From contig JAUXNL010000009.1 of NCBI GenBank assembly GCA_030684415.1, positions 1 to 48,290 on the forward strand: a stretch of DNA of 48,290 nt, read 5' to 3'. This DNA is from Moraxellaceae bacterium (lineage in GTDB: Bacteria > Pseudomonadota > Gammaproteobacteria > Pseudomonadales > Moraxellaceae). Below, piece by piece: positions 34,878 to 45,041 of this stretch (within the stretch, counting starts at the first letter, position 1; each line of letters begins with the position of its first letter). The notes beneath the pieces were generated by a model. That model worked only from the letters and a program-made list of their open reading frames with translations. It had not been told where the DNA came from and did not search any database. Position numbers and translations under genes: made by a program.

Positions 34878-35813
34878 ATGGGCTGGGACGGTGGAACCGA
34901 GATCTGGGTGGGCGGGGTCAACACCTGGGAGTGCGATGAGATGGGCCATCTCAACGTGCGCCACTGGGTCGCCAAGTCCATGGAGGCCCTGGCCGGTCTC
35001 GCCGCCGAGCTGGGCATGCCGGACGCCTTTTCCGGCCTGGCCCAATCCACCCTGCTGGTCCGCGAACAGCACATCCGATTCCTGCGGGAGGCCAAGCCGG
35101 GCGCCGCCCTGACCGCCCGGGGCGGGGTGGTGGCCATGGGCGAGGACGAGGCCCGGCTGCTGGTGGTCATCCTGCACCCCGATGGGACCCCGGCGGCGAC
35201 GTTCCAGACCGTGGTGCGTCACGCCACCGCCAAGGATGGTCGAGTGTTCCCCTGGCCCCGACGGGTTCGCGAGGCCGCCGAGCGCCTGCAGGCGGACATT
35301 CCCGACTTCGCCGCCGCCCGCTCCATTGAGCTGGGGCCGGTGGAAACCAGCGCCGCCAGTCTCGCCCGGGCCGACGCCATGGGTCTGACGCGGATCGGTC
35401 TGGGGGTGATCGGGGCGCCCGATTGCGACGCCTTTGGCCGCATGCGCACCGAGATCGTCATGGGCAAGATTTCCGACGGCATCCTGCACCTGCTGGGCGC
35501 CGACCGCGGCCTGGGCGAAGGTCCGGGCTCCGGCGCGCCGCGGATCGGCGGCGCAGCCCTGGAATATCGGCTGGTGCATTTCGCATGGCCCCGGGCCGGC
35601 GACCGGTTCGAGCTGCGCTCGGCCACAGCCCATGTGGAGGAGCGCTTCCGTCGCCTGCGCCACTGGATGGTGGACCCCCATACGGGCCGCCCCTGGGCCA
35701 GCGCCGAAAATGTCGCCGTGGGGTTCGACCTCGACGCCCGCAAGGTGGTGCGTCTTTCCCCTGAGGCGGTGGAGGCCCTGCGTCCGATGACCCGGCCTGA
35801 GATGGCGCTCTAG
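34878..35813 (+). CDS. Thioesterase-family (double hot-dog) protein
   Basis: VNTWECDEMGHLNVRHW is characteristic of 4HBT-type thioesterase N-termini. The size suggests two hot-dog repeats. Confidence 0.7.
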   Translation: MGWDGGTEIWVGGVNTWECDEMGHLNVRHWVAKSMEALAGLAAELGMPDAFSGLAQSTLLVREQHIRFLREAKPGAALTARGGVVAMGEDEARLLVVILHPDGTPAATFQTVVRHATAKDGRVFPWPRRVREAAERLQADIPDFAAARSIELGPVETSAASLARADAMGLTRIGLGVIGAPDCDAFGRMRTEIVMGKISDGILHLLGADRGLGEGPGSGAPRIGGAALEYRLVHFAWPRAGDRFELRSATAHVEERFRRLRHWMVDPHTGRPWASAENVAVGFDLDARKVVRLSPEAVEALRPMTRPEMAL

Positions 35814-36691
35814 CCGCCCACGGCCTCGGCGAGGACCTGACGCACCAGATCCGGGCGCTCCATGGGCAGGAAGTGGCTGGTCCCCGGCACGGTCTCGATC
35901 CGGTAACGGCCGGTGACGGCCAAGAGGTCGAGATGGTCGTCGATCCGGCAGGTGGAGCCCTGCTCGGCCCGCAGGATCCGCACCGGACACGGGCAGGCCA
36001 GGGCCGCGGCCCAGGCCTGGTCGTCATAGACAGCGAAGTTGGACGCCTCCCAGGCCGGGGCGCAGGCCAGCTCCACCGCCCCGTCGTCAGTGTCCACGAA
36101 GCCCGCGGTCACATAATCTTCCAGCTGGTCCAGCGACCAGGTCTTGAAGGCGCCGCGCCCCTGATAGGCGGCCACGGCCGCAGGCCGGCTCTCGAACCGC
36201 GCCCGCCGGCGCAGGGCGCCCTGGACCATGGGCGACTGGGCGATATCGCCGGGCGCAGCCTCCCCCCGCTGCGGCATCAGGACGGGATCAAACAGCACCA
36301 GGTTAGAGATCAGGTCGGGCGCCTGGGCCGCGGCCATCAGGCTGGTGGTCGCCCCCATGGAATGGCCCGCCACGGTGACGGGTCCCTGAGCCACATGGGG
36401 CAGCAGGGCCAGCAGGTCGTCGCGATAGGCGCCCCAGCCCTGGCGGTTCTCCAGCTCGGTGGGCAGGGCGGTGGCGCCGTGGCCGCGCAGGTCGATGGCC
36501 AGGATTCGCAAGGTCGCGGCCAGGGGCTCCAGAATCGTCCGGTAGGTCGCCGCGTTGAACCCATTGGCGTGGCAGAAGACCAGGTCGAAGGCGCGATCGG
36601 CGGATCCGAACTCTAGCGCCGCCATCTCACCGCCGCGGCTGGGCAGGGGAAAGCGGCGGACCCGCGGGGCCTGTGCGACCGTTCCATCCAT
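35810..36691 (-). CDS. Alpha/beta hydrolase
   Basis: Nucleophile elbow VAGHSMGA and HG-type LVFCHANGF. ATG at 36691 is preceded by GAAGGA. The upstream ORF extension to 36907 was rejected. Confidence 0.8.
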   Translation of the reverse strand: MDGTVAQAPRVRRFPLPSRGGEMAALEFGSADRAFDLVFCHANGFNAATYRTILEPLAATLRILAIDLRGHGATALPTELENRQGWGAYRDDLLALLPHVAQGPVTVAGHSMGATTSLMAAAQAPDLISNLVLFDPVLMPQRGEAAPGDIAQSPMVQGALRRRARFESRPAAVAAYQGRGAFKTWSLDQLEDYVTAGFVDTDDGAVELACAPAWEASNFAVYDDQAWAAALACPCPVRILRAEQGSTCRIDDHLDLLAVTGRYRIETVPGTSHFLPMERPDLVRQVLAEAVGG

Positions 36692-36771
36692 GGGCGGATC
36701 CTTCTTTTCGCGCGATGGGTTCTTGGCCTCCATATATCCCGTCTCACCCCTGACCCAAGGAGAGGTTCGCC

Positions 36772-37203
36772 ATGGCCATCGCCACCATCGGCTATGAGGG
36801 CAAGACCCAGGCCCAGATGATCGACCAGCTGAAGGCCGCCGGCGTCGAACTGGTGGTGGATGTCCGCGCCGTCGCGGCCTCGCGCCGGCCGGGATTCTCC
36901 AAGACAATCCTCGGCGCCAGCCTGGACGAGGCCGGCATCGGCTATGCGCACCTGCGCGGCCTGGGCACGCCCAAGGCGGGGCGGGAGGCCGCCCGGGCCG
37001 GACGCACCGACGAGATGCGGGCCATCTTCGAGGCGCACCTGGCCGAGCCCCAGGCTCAGCTTGAGCTGGCCCGGGCCCAGGACCTGGCGGGACGAAAGAA
37101 GATCGCCCTGCTCTGCTTCGAGGCCCAGGCCTGTGACTGCCACCGGGCCATTGTGGCCGCGCGACTCTGCGAGGCCCTGGACCAGCCAGTGGAAGATCTC
37201 TGA
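36772..37203 (+). CDS. DUF488 domain protein
   Basis: IATIGYEGKT...VDVRAVAASRRPGFSK...CFEAQACDCHR pattern, preceded by AAGGAGAGG. Confidence 0.8.
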   Translation: MAIATIGYEGKTQAQMIDQLKAAGVELVVDVRAVAASRRPGFSKTILGASLDEAGIGYAHLRGLGTPKAGREAARAGRTDEMRAIFEAHLAEPQAQLELARAQDLAGRKKIALLCFEAQACDCHRAIVAARLCEALDQPVEDL

Positions 37204-37276
37204 GAGGCCTTGGCTTTCCCCAGCGTCATGGGGCGATGATGGGCAAACCTCCTAAGAACCGTCCCAGGAACAGCCC

Positions 37277-38176
37277 ATGACCGCCGCCAACGCCAACACC
37301 GCGCCGACCGCCGCCATTCCGGCGCTCGGCCCCTGGACCTGTTTCGACGTCGAGATCGAGGCCGGCGTCGCCCACATCAAGCTGAAGCGCCCTGAGGCCT
37401 TCAACAGCATGATCCGCGCCTTCTGGAACGAGCTGCCGGTGATCGTCCGCGACATCAACGACAATGTCCGGGCCCGCTGCATCGTCATTTCCTCCACCGG
37501 CAAGCACTTCTCCGCCGGCATGGACCTGGCGGTGTTCGGCGGCGGCGGCACCTCGGCGGCCGACGCCGGCGCGGCGCCCGACCGTTTCGTCGCCGCCGAG
37601 GGCCAGCGCCATCATGTGCGCTGGCTGCAGGACTGCTTCTCCTGCCTGGACGAGGCCCGCATGCCGGTTCTGGTCGCCATCCAGGGGGGCTGTATCGGCG
37701 GGGCGGTGGACATGACCAGCGCCTGCGACATCCGCTACGCCACCGAGGACGCCTTCTTCTGCGTGCAGGAGATCAATATCGGCATGACCGCCGATGTCGG
37801 CACCTTCCCGCGACTGTGCAAGCTGATCCCTGAAGGCTGGGTCCGCGAGCTGGCCTATACCGGACGGCGTCTGCCGGCCCAGAAGGCCAAGGAGATCGGT
37901 CTGGTCAACGAGGTCTTCCCGACCCAGGAGGCCCTGCTCGACCATGTCATGGCCACGGCCCGGGAGATCGCCGAGAAGTCGCCCCTGGCGGTCACTGGGT
38001 CCAAGGTGATGATCAACTACGCCCGGGACCACACCATCGCCGATGGGCTGGACTATATCGCCGTCTGGCAGACGGGCATGTTCGCCGGTTCGCACATGGG
38101 CGAGGCCTTCAAGGCCAAGGCCGAGAAGCGCCCGGCCGACTTCCCCGACCTGCGCCCCCTGCGCCACGAGATGTAG
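37277..38176 (+). CDS. Enoyl-CoA hydratase/isomerase (crotonase) family protein
   Basis: STGKHFSAGMDL and AIQGGCIGGAVDM, the crotonase oxyanion-hole motifs. Confidence 0.85.
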   Translation: MTAANANTAPTAAIPALGPWTCFDVEIEAGVAHIKLKRPEAFNSMIRAFWNELPVIVRDINDNVRARCIVISSTGKHFSAGMDLAVFGGGGTSAADAGAAPDRFVAAEGQRHHVRWLQDCFSCLDEARMPVLVAIQGGCIGGAVDMTSACDIRYATEDAFFCVQEINIGMTADVGTFPRLCKLIPEGWVRELAYTGRRLPAQKAKEIGLVNEVFPTQEALLDHVMATAREIAEKSPLAVTGSKVMINYARDHTIADGLDYIAVWQTGMFAGSHMGEAFKAKAEKRPADFPDLRPLRHEM

Positions 38177-38189
38177 GCGGGCCTGACCC

Positions 38190-39383
38190 CTACAGGATCA
38201 GTTCGGCGCCCCGCAGATCGGCCCCGGTCAGCTTGGCGCCGGACAGGTCGGCCTCAAGGAAGCGGGCGCGGGGCGCCTGGGCGCCGCTGAGGTCGGCATA
38301 GCGCAGGATCGCCCGGTTCAGGTCGGTGCGGATCAGGCGACCCTCCCCCAGCGCCAGGGGGCCGAGTTTGGCGTCGCGAAGATCGGCGCGGATCAGGCTG
38401 GCGCCGGTCAGCCGCGCGCCGCGGAGGTCGGCGCCCCGTAGGTCGGCCTTGCGCAGGTCGCAGTCGGACAGGTCGGCACCCTGTAGCTGGACGCCGCGCA
38501 TGTCCATGCCGAAGAAGATGGCGCCCGGGGCCGGCAGGCCGCTGAGGCGCCGGGCCCTGAGATGGCGCAGGGACCTGAAGTCGGCGCCCTCCAGCCGGGC
38601 GGCCGCGCCCTTGGCGCCGTGACTGTCGCAATAGGCTTCGTGGTCGTCGACGATCTCCCGCAGGGGCTGGTCGTCCACATAGAAGACCGTGGCCGGGGCC
38701 TTGAGAACCTCGCTCAGATCGACCCCATTGAGTCCGGCGGCCGACAGATTGGCCCCGGCGACCACCGCGCCCCGGAGGGACGCCCCACTGAGATCGGCGC
38801 CGTCAAGCTGAGCGCCAGAGAGATCAGCCCCGTCAAGGCGGGCGCCGACCAGCCGGGCGCCGACCAATATGGCGCCGGTCAGGCTGGCGTCGGTGCAGTC
38901 GACCGCGGTCATGATATCGATGAGGTTGGCGCCCTCGGCGACGGCGTATTCCAGGTTTCCGGCCCGGGCCTCCGGCGCCAGCACCCGAAAGCCGTCGGCT
39001 CGGGTCTGCATGGCGATACAGCCCTCGCGGAGATCACAGCCCGACAGGTCAGCCCCCGACAGGTTGGCCCCCCGCAGGCTCGATCCGCGCAGGTCAGCCT
39101 GGGGCAGACGCGCCCCGCGAAGGTCGGCGTCTCGCAGGTCAGCCCCGAACAGATTGGCCCGGCTCAGATCGGCGCCCGCCAGGATCGCCCCGCACAGGCG
39201 CGCCCCCGTCAGGTCGGCTTCGGCCAAAAGGGCGCCTTCCAGGTTCCAGTCGGCCAGGTCGGCGCGCACCAGATCGGCCCGCCGCCCCCCCGCCAGCCCC
39301 TGAGCGAAGCGGGCATGGGCGGACAATATCGCACGGAGTTGTGCGGCGGTCTGGGGACGCAGATGAGAGGCGGGACTTGCCAT
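38190..39383 (-). CDS. Pentapeptide-repeat protein
   Basis: Continuous A(D/N)LxG-type pentads, e.g. ADLSGANLSGADLSGCDL and ADLRGADLRGARLTGASL. Confidence 0.88.
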   Translation of the reverse strand: MASPASHLRPQTAAQLRAILSAHARFAQGLAGGRRADLVRADLADWNLEGALLAEADLTGARLCGAILAGADLSRANLFGADLRDADLRGARLPQADLRGSSLRGANLSGADLSGCDLREGCIAMQTRADGFRVLAPEARAGNLEYAVAEGANLIDIMTAVDCTDASLTGAILVGARLVGARLDGADLSGAQLDGADLSGASLRGAVVAGANLSAAGLNGVDLSEVLKAPATVFYVDDQPLREIVDDHEAYCDSHGAKGAAARLEGADFRSLRHLRARRLSGLPAPGAIFFGMDMRGVQLQGADLSDCDLRKADLRGADLRGARLTGASLIRADLRDAKLGPLALGEGRLIRTDLNRAILRYADLSGAQAPRARFLEADLSGAKLTGADLRGAELIL

Positions 39384-39460
39384 GGACGACCTTTGGATGA
39401 GGCCGACAAGGTGGTCCCGAGCCGTTTAAGGAAGGGTTGTCCGCAGCCCCTACAGCCAAA

Positions 39461-40150
39461 CTAATCCTGGCTGTCACCCGCCGAGGCGCCGCCCTGGCCG
39501 GCGGCCTGAAGAAGAGCGGCGATACGGTCGGTGGCGTCAGCCGCCTGGCTCAGCATCTGCAGGGGACCAGAGCCTGGGCGCACAGCAGCGACCATCTGAT
39601 TGGCGGCGGACTGGGCGACAGTCACCGCGGTGTTCTGGGCGGTGGTGAAGCCGGTCCGGGTCAGGGTCGAGGCCGTGGCGTCCTGATAGATGAAGCCGTG
39701 GACGGGATAGGTGGTCGAGCCGAGATCGCCGACCGAGTCGTACCAGACCTTGACCTGGGTCCAGTCGCCCTTGGGGGAGACGTCAATCACGGTGACGTCG
39801 CGCTCAATCTGACCACGGCTCCCATTGATCCGCGACCAGTTGGCGTGGCTGATCTGGATGACCCGATCGGTCAGCACCTGGCTGACCACGGCGACGTGGC
39901 CCAGGCGCATGGCGCCGGTGGGCTTGAAACAGAGGACCGCGCCAGCCTGGGGGGTGTTGCCCGTATCGTACTTGCCGGCGGCCTGTTTCCACCATGTCCA
40001 GGCGTCGCCGAAGATCTGCACCCCGGAGATCATCCGGGCGAACGGCACGCACTGCCAGTAGGTGTCCGCAAAGGCGGAGCTGACAGGGGCAAGCGCCATA
40101 ACCGCCGCAGCCGTCATGGAACCAAGGACCAGGCGTGTCCGTTTCATCAT
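39461..40150 (-). CDS. Secreted CHAP-domain protein (peptidoglycan amidase/peptidase)
   Basis: Signal peptide MMKRTRLVLGSMTAAAVMALAPVSSAFA. Catalytic Cys in YWQCVPFAR and His in LGHVAVV. Confidence 0.8.
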   Translation of the reverse strand: MMKRTRLVLGSMTAAAVMALAPVSSAFADTYWQCVPFARMISGVQIFGDAWTWWKQAAGKYDTGNTPQAGAVLCFKPTGAMRLGHVAVVSQVLTDRVIQISHANWSRINGSRGQIERDVTVIDVSPKGDWTQVKVWYDSVGDLGSTTYPVHGFIYQDATASTLTRTGFTTAQNTAVTVAQSAANQMVAAVRPGSGPLQMLSQAADATDRIAALLQAAGQGGASAGDSQD

Positions 40151-40219
40151 GTTGGGCGTAACTCCCCGACGCGAACTGGCGTTAGGGATAGTTTCTCACG
40201 CCGCGAATGAAAAGAGGGT

Positions 40220-41317
40220 TTATGCGCCTGCGACCTTCGGCGCCCGCCCATTCCACAGCTCCGCCCACAGCTTCATGCGTCCGCGGGCTGGCTTCTCGAT
40301 CAGATGATAGGAGAGCGCCGCCAGTGGAACCACGCCTATCAGCAGCACCAGCCACAGGCCTAGGGGCAACTGGCCACCTTCAAGCTTAAGCAGACTGGCG
40401 GCGCCGTTCGCGAATACAATCTTCCACGGCACGCAGACCATGTAGATCGAATAGCTGATCTCACCCAGATAGATCAGGATGGGGGCGCACAGGACCTGGG
40501 AGCCCGCCTGCGCCAGTCGGGCGAGGTAGAAGATCAGGGCGGCCGTGGACAGGACGATGAGGGTGTCGGACAGACCCGCGGCGGCCGCAAACAGGGCGGC
40601 GGCGCCCGAAATAGCGGCGCCGGTCAGGGCGCTGCGTCGCCCGCCGCCCGCCCGTTCCCGCCAAAGGCTATGCAGGGCGCAGCCCAGGGCGAAGCAGGGG
40701 ACGATGCGCAGGGCGCCCCAGCGGATGGTGGCCAGGGTCAGGGGATGACCGGCCAGGACTTCGAATCCGGCATAGAGCAACGCCATGAAGACCGCCGCCA
40801 GGGTCACCGCCACCAGGGGCCGGGACTTCAGGGCCAGGGCCGCCCAGGCGAACAGGGGGAAGGTCAGATAGGCGAACCACTCGGCCGAGATGGACCAGGA
40901 CGGATGGTTCCAGCCGGCCACCGGCGCAAGACCCCAGGCCTGGACCAGCAGCAGGTTGGCCGGCAGGGATTCCCAAGACAGGATGTTGGGATCGACGGCG
41001 AAGCCGGCCGCGCCGGCGGCGGCCGCCAGCACGCCCATGCCAATCAATGTGGCCAGGTGCAGAGGATAGATCCGGGCCAGCCTGGCCCAGAGGAAGTTTC
41101 CATAGGCGAAGCGGCCGGTCTCCACCTCGCTGCGATAGACGTGGCAGAGGATGAAGCCGGACAGGATGAAGAACAGCTCCACCCCCAGATACCCCTTGGC
41201 CACGAACAGGGGGGTCGTCGCCGTCGCCAGGGCTGGCCAGTAGTGAAATAGCACCACCCAGAAGGCCGCGAAGAACCGCAGCGAGGTCAGAGGATGGATC
41301 TGTTGAGCGTCGGTCAT
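40220..41317 (-). CDS. Acyltransferase family 3 (OafA-like) integral membrane protein
   Basis: LTSLRFFAAFWVVLFHY and GVELFFILSGFIL motifs; multi-TM throughout. Confidence 0.85.
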   Translation of the reverse strand: MTDAQQIHPLTSLRFFAAFWVVLFHYWPALATATTPLFVAKGYLGVELFFILSGFILCHVYRSEVETGRFAYGNFLWARLARIYPLHLATLIGMGVLAAAAGAAGFAVDPNILSWESLPANLLLVQAWGLAPVAGWNHPSWSISAEWFAYLTFPLFAWAALALKSRPLVAVTLAAVFMALLYAGFEVLAGHPLTLATIRWGALRIVPCFALGCALHSLWRERAGGGRRSALTGAAISGAAALFAAAAGLSDTLIVLSTAALIFYLARLAQAGSQVLCAPILIYLGEISYSIYMVCVPWKIVFANGAASLLKLEGGQLPLGLWLVLLIGVVPLAALSYHLIEKPARGRMKLWAELWNGRAPKVAGA

Positions 41318-41462
41318 TGGCCTTCGGACTCTCGGGCGGCGGCGGACTTGAAAACGGCTTTCAGCGCCCAGTCTGGCCCCAGAAGCCTCACCATCGCGTT
41401 AGCGCTGCGACCGATCCTGCAATCGTCTAAGGCTGGCGGTCTCATCCTGGAGAATCACGCCG

Positions 41463-42293
41463 ATGGACTCGCTCCTCGTCCTGCTCACCGACCCTGTCGC
41501 CTGGGCCGCCCTCATCGCCCTGATCGTGATGGAGGTCGTGCTTGGCATCGACAACCTGGTCTTCATCTCAATCCTCTCGAACAAGCTGCCCGAGCACCAG
41601 CGGAGCCGGGCGCGCAAGATCGGCATCGCCCTGGCCCTGATCATGCGCCTGGGCCTGCTGTCGACCCTGGCCTTCCTGGTCGGCATGACCCAGACGGTGT
41701 TCAGTATCCCCCTCGAGGGTCCCCCGGACCCGGTGCATGGCATGCCCATGTTCGAGATGGACTTCTCCTGGCGCGACCTCATCCTGATCGCCGGGGGGCT
41801 CTTCCTGGTCTGGAAGGCGACCACCGAAATCCACGAGAAGGTCGATCCCGAAGCCACCCACGGGCTGATGGATGTGAAGGCGCCGGTGGTGGCCAACTTC
41901 TCGTCGGTGATCGTTCAGATCCTGCTGCTGGACCTGGTCTTCTCCATCGATTCCATCCTGACCGCGGTGGGCATGACCGATCACCTGCCGATCATGGTGG
42001 TCGCGGTGGTGTTCGCCGTCGGCGTCATGCTGCTGGCCGCCGATCCCCTGGCGGAGTTCATCGACTCCAACCCCACCGTCGTCATGCTGGCCCTGGGATT
42101 CCTGTTGATGATCGGGGCCACCCTGATCGCCGACGGCTTCGGCTTCCATGTGCCCAAGGGCTACATCTACGCCGCCATGGCCTTCTCGGGACTGGTGGAA
42201 GGGTTGAACATCTTCGCCCGCCGGGCGGCCCGGCGGAAAAATCAGGCCCGCGCATTGGAGCATGCATCGCCGGCCGGTTCTGATAACCTCTGA
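41463..42293 (+). CDS. TerC-family integral membrane protein
   Basis: [18 protein letters not shown] and [18 protein letters not shown] are the duplicated TerC signature. Confidence 0.88.
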   Translation: MDSLLVLLTDPVAWAALIALIVMEVVLGIDNLVFISILSNKLPEHQRSRARKIGIALALIMRLGLLSTLAFLVGMTQTVFSIPLEGPPDPVHGMPMFEMDFSWRDLILIAGGLFLVWKATTEIHEKVDPEATHGLMDVKAPVVANFSSVIVQILLLDLVFSIDSILTAVGMTDHLPIMVVAVVFAVGVMLLAADPLAEFIDSNPTVVMLALGFLLMIGATLIADGFGFHVPKGYIYAAMAFSGLVEGLNIFARRAARRKNQARALEHASPAGSDNL

Positions 42294-42397
42294 GCATTAA
42301 TCCCGTCCCGGGGCGTCGCAGGACGCTTCCGGGGCGGACTCAGACATTTTCAAGACCTGTGATGGGTGACGCGCTTGCGTCGCGCAGAAGCAGATAA

Positions 42398-44086
42398 TTG
42401 GCGGCGCTCGAACGTCGCTTTGGAAACGCCGCGTTGCAAGAGCCCCAAGTCTTTGACGAGGCTGATCGCCGCCTCACGCTCATTTCGGTCCTGATCGTCT
42501 TCCTGCTGAGCGCCATGAGCCAGACCGTGGTGGCGACAGCCATGCCGCGGATCGTCTCGGACCTGTCAGGCCTCCATCTCTATGCCTGGGCCACCACCGC
42601 CTATCTGCTGGCCTCGACGGTGATGGTGCCCATCTGGGGCAAGCTCGGCGACATCTATGGGCGCAAACCGATCCTGTTGATCGGCATCGGCGTCTTCCTG
42701 AGCGGGTCATGGCTGGCGGGTCTGGCCGGGGAGTTCGGCGACCTGCCCCTGCTGGGCGGCGGCATGATCCAGCTGATCACCGCCCGCGCCATCCAGGGTG
42801 TCGGCGGCGGCGCCTTGTTCACCATCGCCTTCGCCATCATCGCCGATCTCTACGCCCCGCGGGAGCGAGCCCAGTTCTCCGGCCTGTTCGGCGCTGTCTT
42901 TGGGGTGGCCAGCATCTTCGGCCCGGTCATCGGCGGCTTCTTCACCGACCACGGGACGGTGACCCTGGGCGGTCATGTCATCGAGGGATGGCGCTGGGTC
43001 TTCTATGTGAATGTGCCCTTCGCCCTGGCGGCGGTGGCGATGATCCTGGTGAAGATGCCGGCCCTGCCGCCCCGGGGGGAAGGGCGGATCGACTATGCCG
43101 GAGCGGCCCTGATCGTCGTGGGCTTCACAACCCTGCTCCTGGCCATCACCTGGGGGGGCCAGGCCTATGGCTGGGGCTCACCCATGATCCTGGGCCTGCT
43201 GGCGACGGCGGCGATCTCCCTCAGCGCCTTCATCGCCGTGCAGAGCCGGGTGCGCGATCCGATCCTGCCCCTGGACCTGTTCAGGAACCGCACCTTCAAC
43301 ACCGCCAACGGGGCGGCCTTCATCTATTCCATGGCCTTCATGGGGGTGACGTCCTTCCTGCCCCTTTACATGCAGGTGGGCCAGGGCGTCCCAGCCACCC
43401 GCAGCGGCCTGACCATGCTGGCCCTGATGGTCGGCCTGGTGGCCTCATCCACCCTCAACGGCCGCCTGGTGACAAAGACCGGGATATACAAGCCCTTCAT
43501 GATCGGCGGCGGCGCCGTTCTGATCCTCGGGGTCTTCACCCTCTGTTTCATCGGTCCCGACACCAGCACCCTTGATCTGGCCTGGCGGCTGCTGATCGTC
43601 GGCATCGGCCTGGGGCCTGGGCAGAGCCTGTTTGGCCTGGCGGTGCAGAACGCCGTGCCCATGCACCAGCTGGGTGTGGCCACCAGTTCAGGCCAGTTCG
43701 TCCGCCAGATCGGCTCGACCATGGGGGTCGCCCTGTTCGGCGCCATCCTCACCTGGGGGCTGACCGCCGAGCTTGGCCGGCAGTCGGCCGCCAACCCCGC
43801 CCTGCAGATGGAATCCCTGGAGCTGTCCGACCTGCAGCGGATGGCCATGGAACGGGACGCCGATCCGGGCCTCGCCGAGGCCCGGGCCGCTGATCCGGCC
43901 TCTGCGGCGGCCGACCAGGTCATCCGCGAGAGCCTGTCGCGCGCCGTCGTCTATGGAATCATCTTCAGCCTGGCGGTGCTGCTGATCGGCTTCGTGCTGA
44001 TGCTGATGATCCCGGCGACCCGCCTGAAGGAGCGCGAGATCGCGCCGCTGGCCGCCGCCGAGGAGGCCAAGGCCGGCGCGCCCTAG
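42398..44086 (+). CDS. MFS transporter, DHA2 (EmrB/QacA-like, 14-TMS) family
   Basis: QTVVATAMPRIVSDL and WGKLGDIYGRKPILL (MFS motif A region). Long multi-TM profile. TTG start; the first ATG would truncate TM1. Confidence 0.85.
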   Translation: MAALERRFGNAALQEPQVFDEADRRLTLISVLIVFLLSAMSQTVVATAMPRIVSDLSGLHLYAWATTAYLLASTVMVPIWGKLGDIYGRKPILLIGIGVFLSGSWLAGLAGEFGDLPLLGGGMIQLITARAIQGVGGGALFTIAFAIIADLYAPRERAQFSGLFGAVFGVASIFGPVIGGFFTDHGTVTLGGHVIEGWRWVFYVNVPFALAAVAMILVKMPALPPRGEGRIDYAGAALIVVGFTTLLLAITWGGQAYGWGSPMILGLLATAAISLSAFIAVQSRVRDPILPLDLFRNRTFNTANGAAFIYSMAFMGVTSFLPLYMQVGQGVPATRSGLTMLALMVGLVASSTLNGRLVTKTGIYKPFMIGGGAVLILGVFTLCFIGPDTSTLDLAWRLLIVGIGLGPGQSLFGLAVQNAVPMHQLGVATSSGQFVRQIGSTMGVALFGAILTWGLTAELGRQSAANPALQMESLELSDLQRMAMERDADPGLAEARAADPASAAADQVIRESLSRAVVYGIIFSLAVLLIGFVLMLMIPATRLKEREIAPLAAAEEAKAGAP

Positions 44087-44122
44087 CGCGTTCCCATAAG
44101 TCGGAGCCGGTTGTCGGAACGC

Positions 44123-44145
44123 GCTCTAAGCTTGGGACTTAGAGC
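44123..44145. terminator. Hairpin between convergent MFS and Crp-family genes (possible bidirectional terminator)
   Basis: GCTCTAAG (44123-44130) pairs with CTTAGAGC (44138-44145) around a 7-nt loop. There is no clear U-tract. Confidence 0.3.
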
Positions 44146-44154
44146 ATGATGCGA

Positions 44155-44940
44155 TCAGCTCTCGGTGACCTCGGGCAAGAGCAGGCTGAAGTGGTCCTCG
44201 ACCGCCTGGTAGCACTCGCAACAGGCCTCCTCGAGCCCGTCCCGGTCGAGCACCTCCACATGGCCGTGGTGCTGACGGATCAGCCCCCGATGCTCAAGGG
44301 TCTTGGCCACGCCCGAAACCGTGGTCCGCTGCACCCCCAGCATCTCGGCCAGGCTCTGCTGGGTGAGGCGGATGATGTCGGTGTCCGAGCGGTCGTGGGT
44401 GGTCAGAAGCCAGCGACAGGCCCGCTGCTCCACCGGATGCAGGGCGTTGCACACCACAGACTGCATGACCTGGGCGAGCAGGGCGTCGGCATAGCGGGAG
44501 AAGAGGTCGGCGATCTCCGGCCGACGGCGCTTGGCCGCCTCCAGCTGCTCGGTGGCGATCACCAGGACCGGACCGGCGATCTGCACCACGGCGCGGCCAT
44601 AGGCCGGCTTGTGGCCGGAACTGACAATGCCGCCGGCGGCCCCTTCGCGGCCGATGCTGGCGGCCTCCACCTCGCGCCCGTCCCGGGTCACCAGCTGCAG
44701 GGAGATGATCGCCGAACGGGTCGGAAAGTGGGTGAGATCTACATCGTCGCCGGGTTCGAACAGCACGCGCCCCCGCTCAAGGTTCAGCTGTCGGATGTGC
44801 GGGGCGATATCCTGCAAAACCGCGCCCGGCAGGGCGGCGAGCAGGCGGTTGGCCCGCAGCGCGGTGGTGTCGGAGAGCCCGGCATAGGCGCGGGGATCGG
44901 ATGATGACTGACCCATGGACATGGGAAGGAAACGCCTCAA
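44155..44940 (-). CDS. Crp/Fnr-family transcriptional regulator
   Basis: An N-terminal cNMP-binding-like beta-barrel region plus the C-terminal HTH LTQQSLAEMLGVQRTTVSGVAKTLEHRGLI. Confidence 0.85.
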   Translation of the reverse strand: MRRFLPMSMGQSSSDPRAYAGLSDTTALRANRLLAALPGAVLQDIAPHIRQLNLERGRVLFEPGDDVDLTHFPTRSAIISLQLVTRDGREVEAASIGREGAAGGIVSSGHKPAYGRAVVQIAGPVLVIATEQLEAAKRRRPEIADLFSRYADALLAQVMQSVVCNALHPVEQRACRWLLTTHDRSDTDIIRLTQQSLAEMLGVQRTTVSGVAKTLEHRGLIRQHHGHVEVLDRDGLEEACCECYQAVEDHFSLLLPEVTES

Positions 44941-45041
44941 ACGGCACGAGGTGACAGGGAAGCTTCACAGAAGGACCTACAGCCTCGCGCCGGCCGAGTC
45001 CGTCGGGCGCCCGACTATTGGTGGCTGGCCGGGGGCCTGAT

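Noticed and set aside
34812-35990. 392-aa minus-strand ORF over the thioesterase gene
   Set aside because: No motifs and low-complexity composition. The plus-strand frame carries the thioesterase signature.
38190-39383. Short-period DNA repetition that might suggest a repeat array or CRISPR
   Set aside because: The periodicity is 15 nt within one open reading frame, encoding pentapeptide repeats. There is no repeat-spacer organisation. No CRISPR array was seen anywhere in the window.
41318-41462. Possible yybP-ykoY (Mn2+) riboswitch in the leader of the TerC-family gene
   Set aside because: I could not find the conserved core sequences or the four-helix arrangement by eye. A covariance-model scan would be needed.
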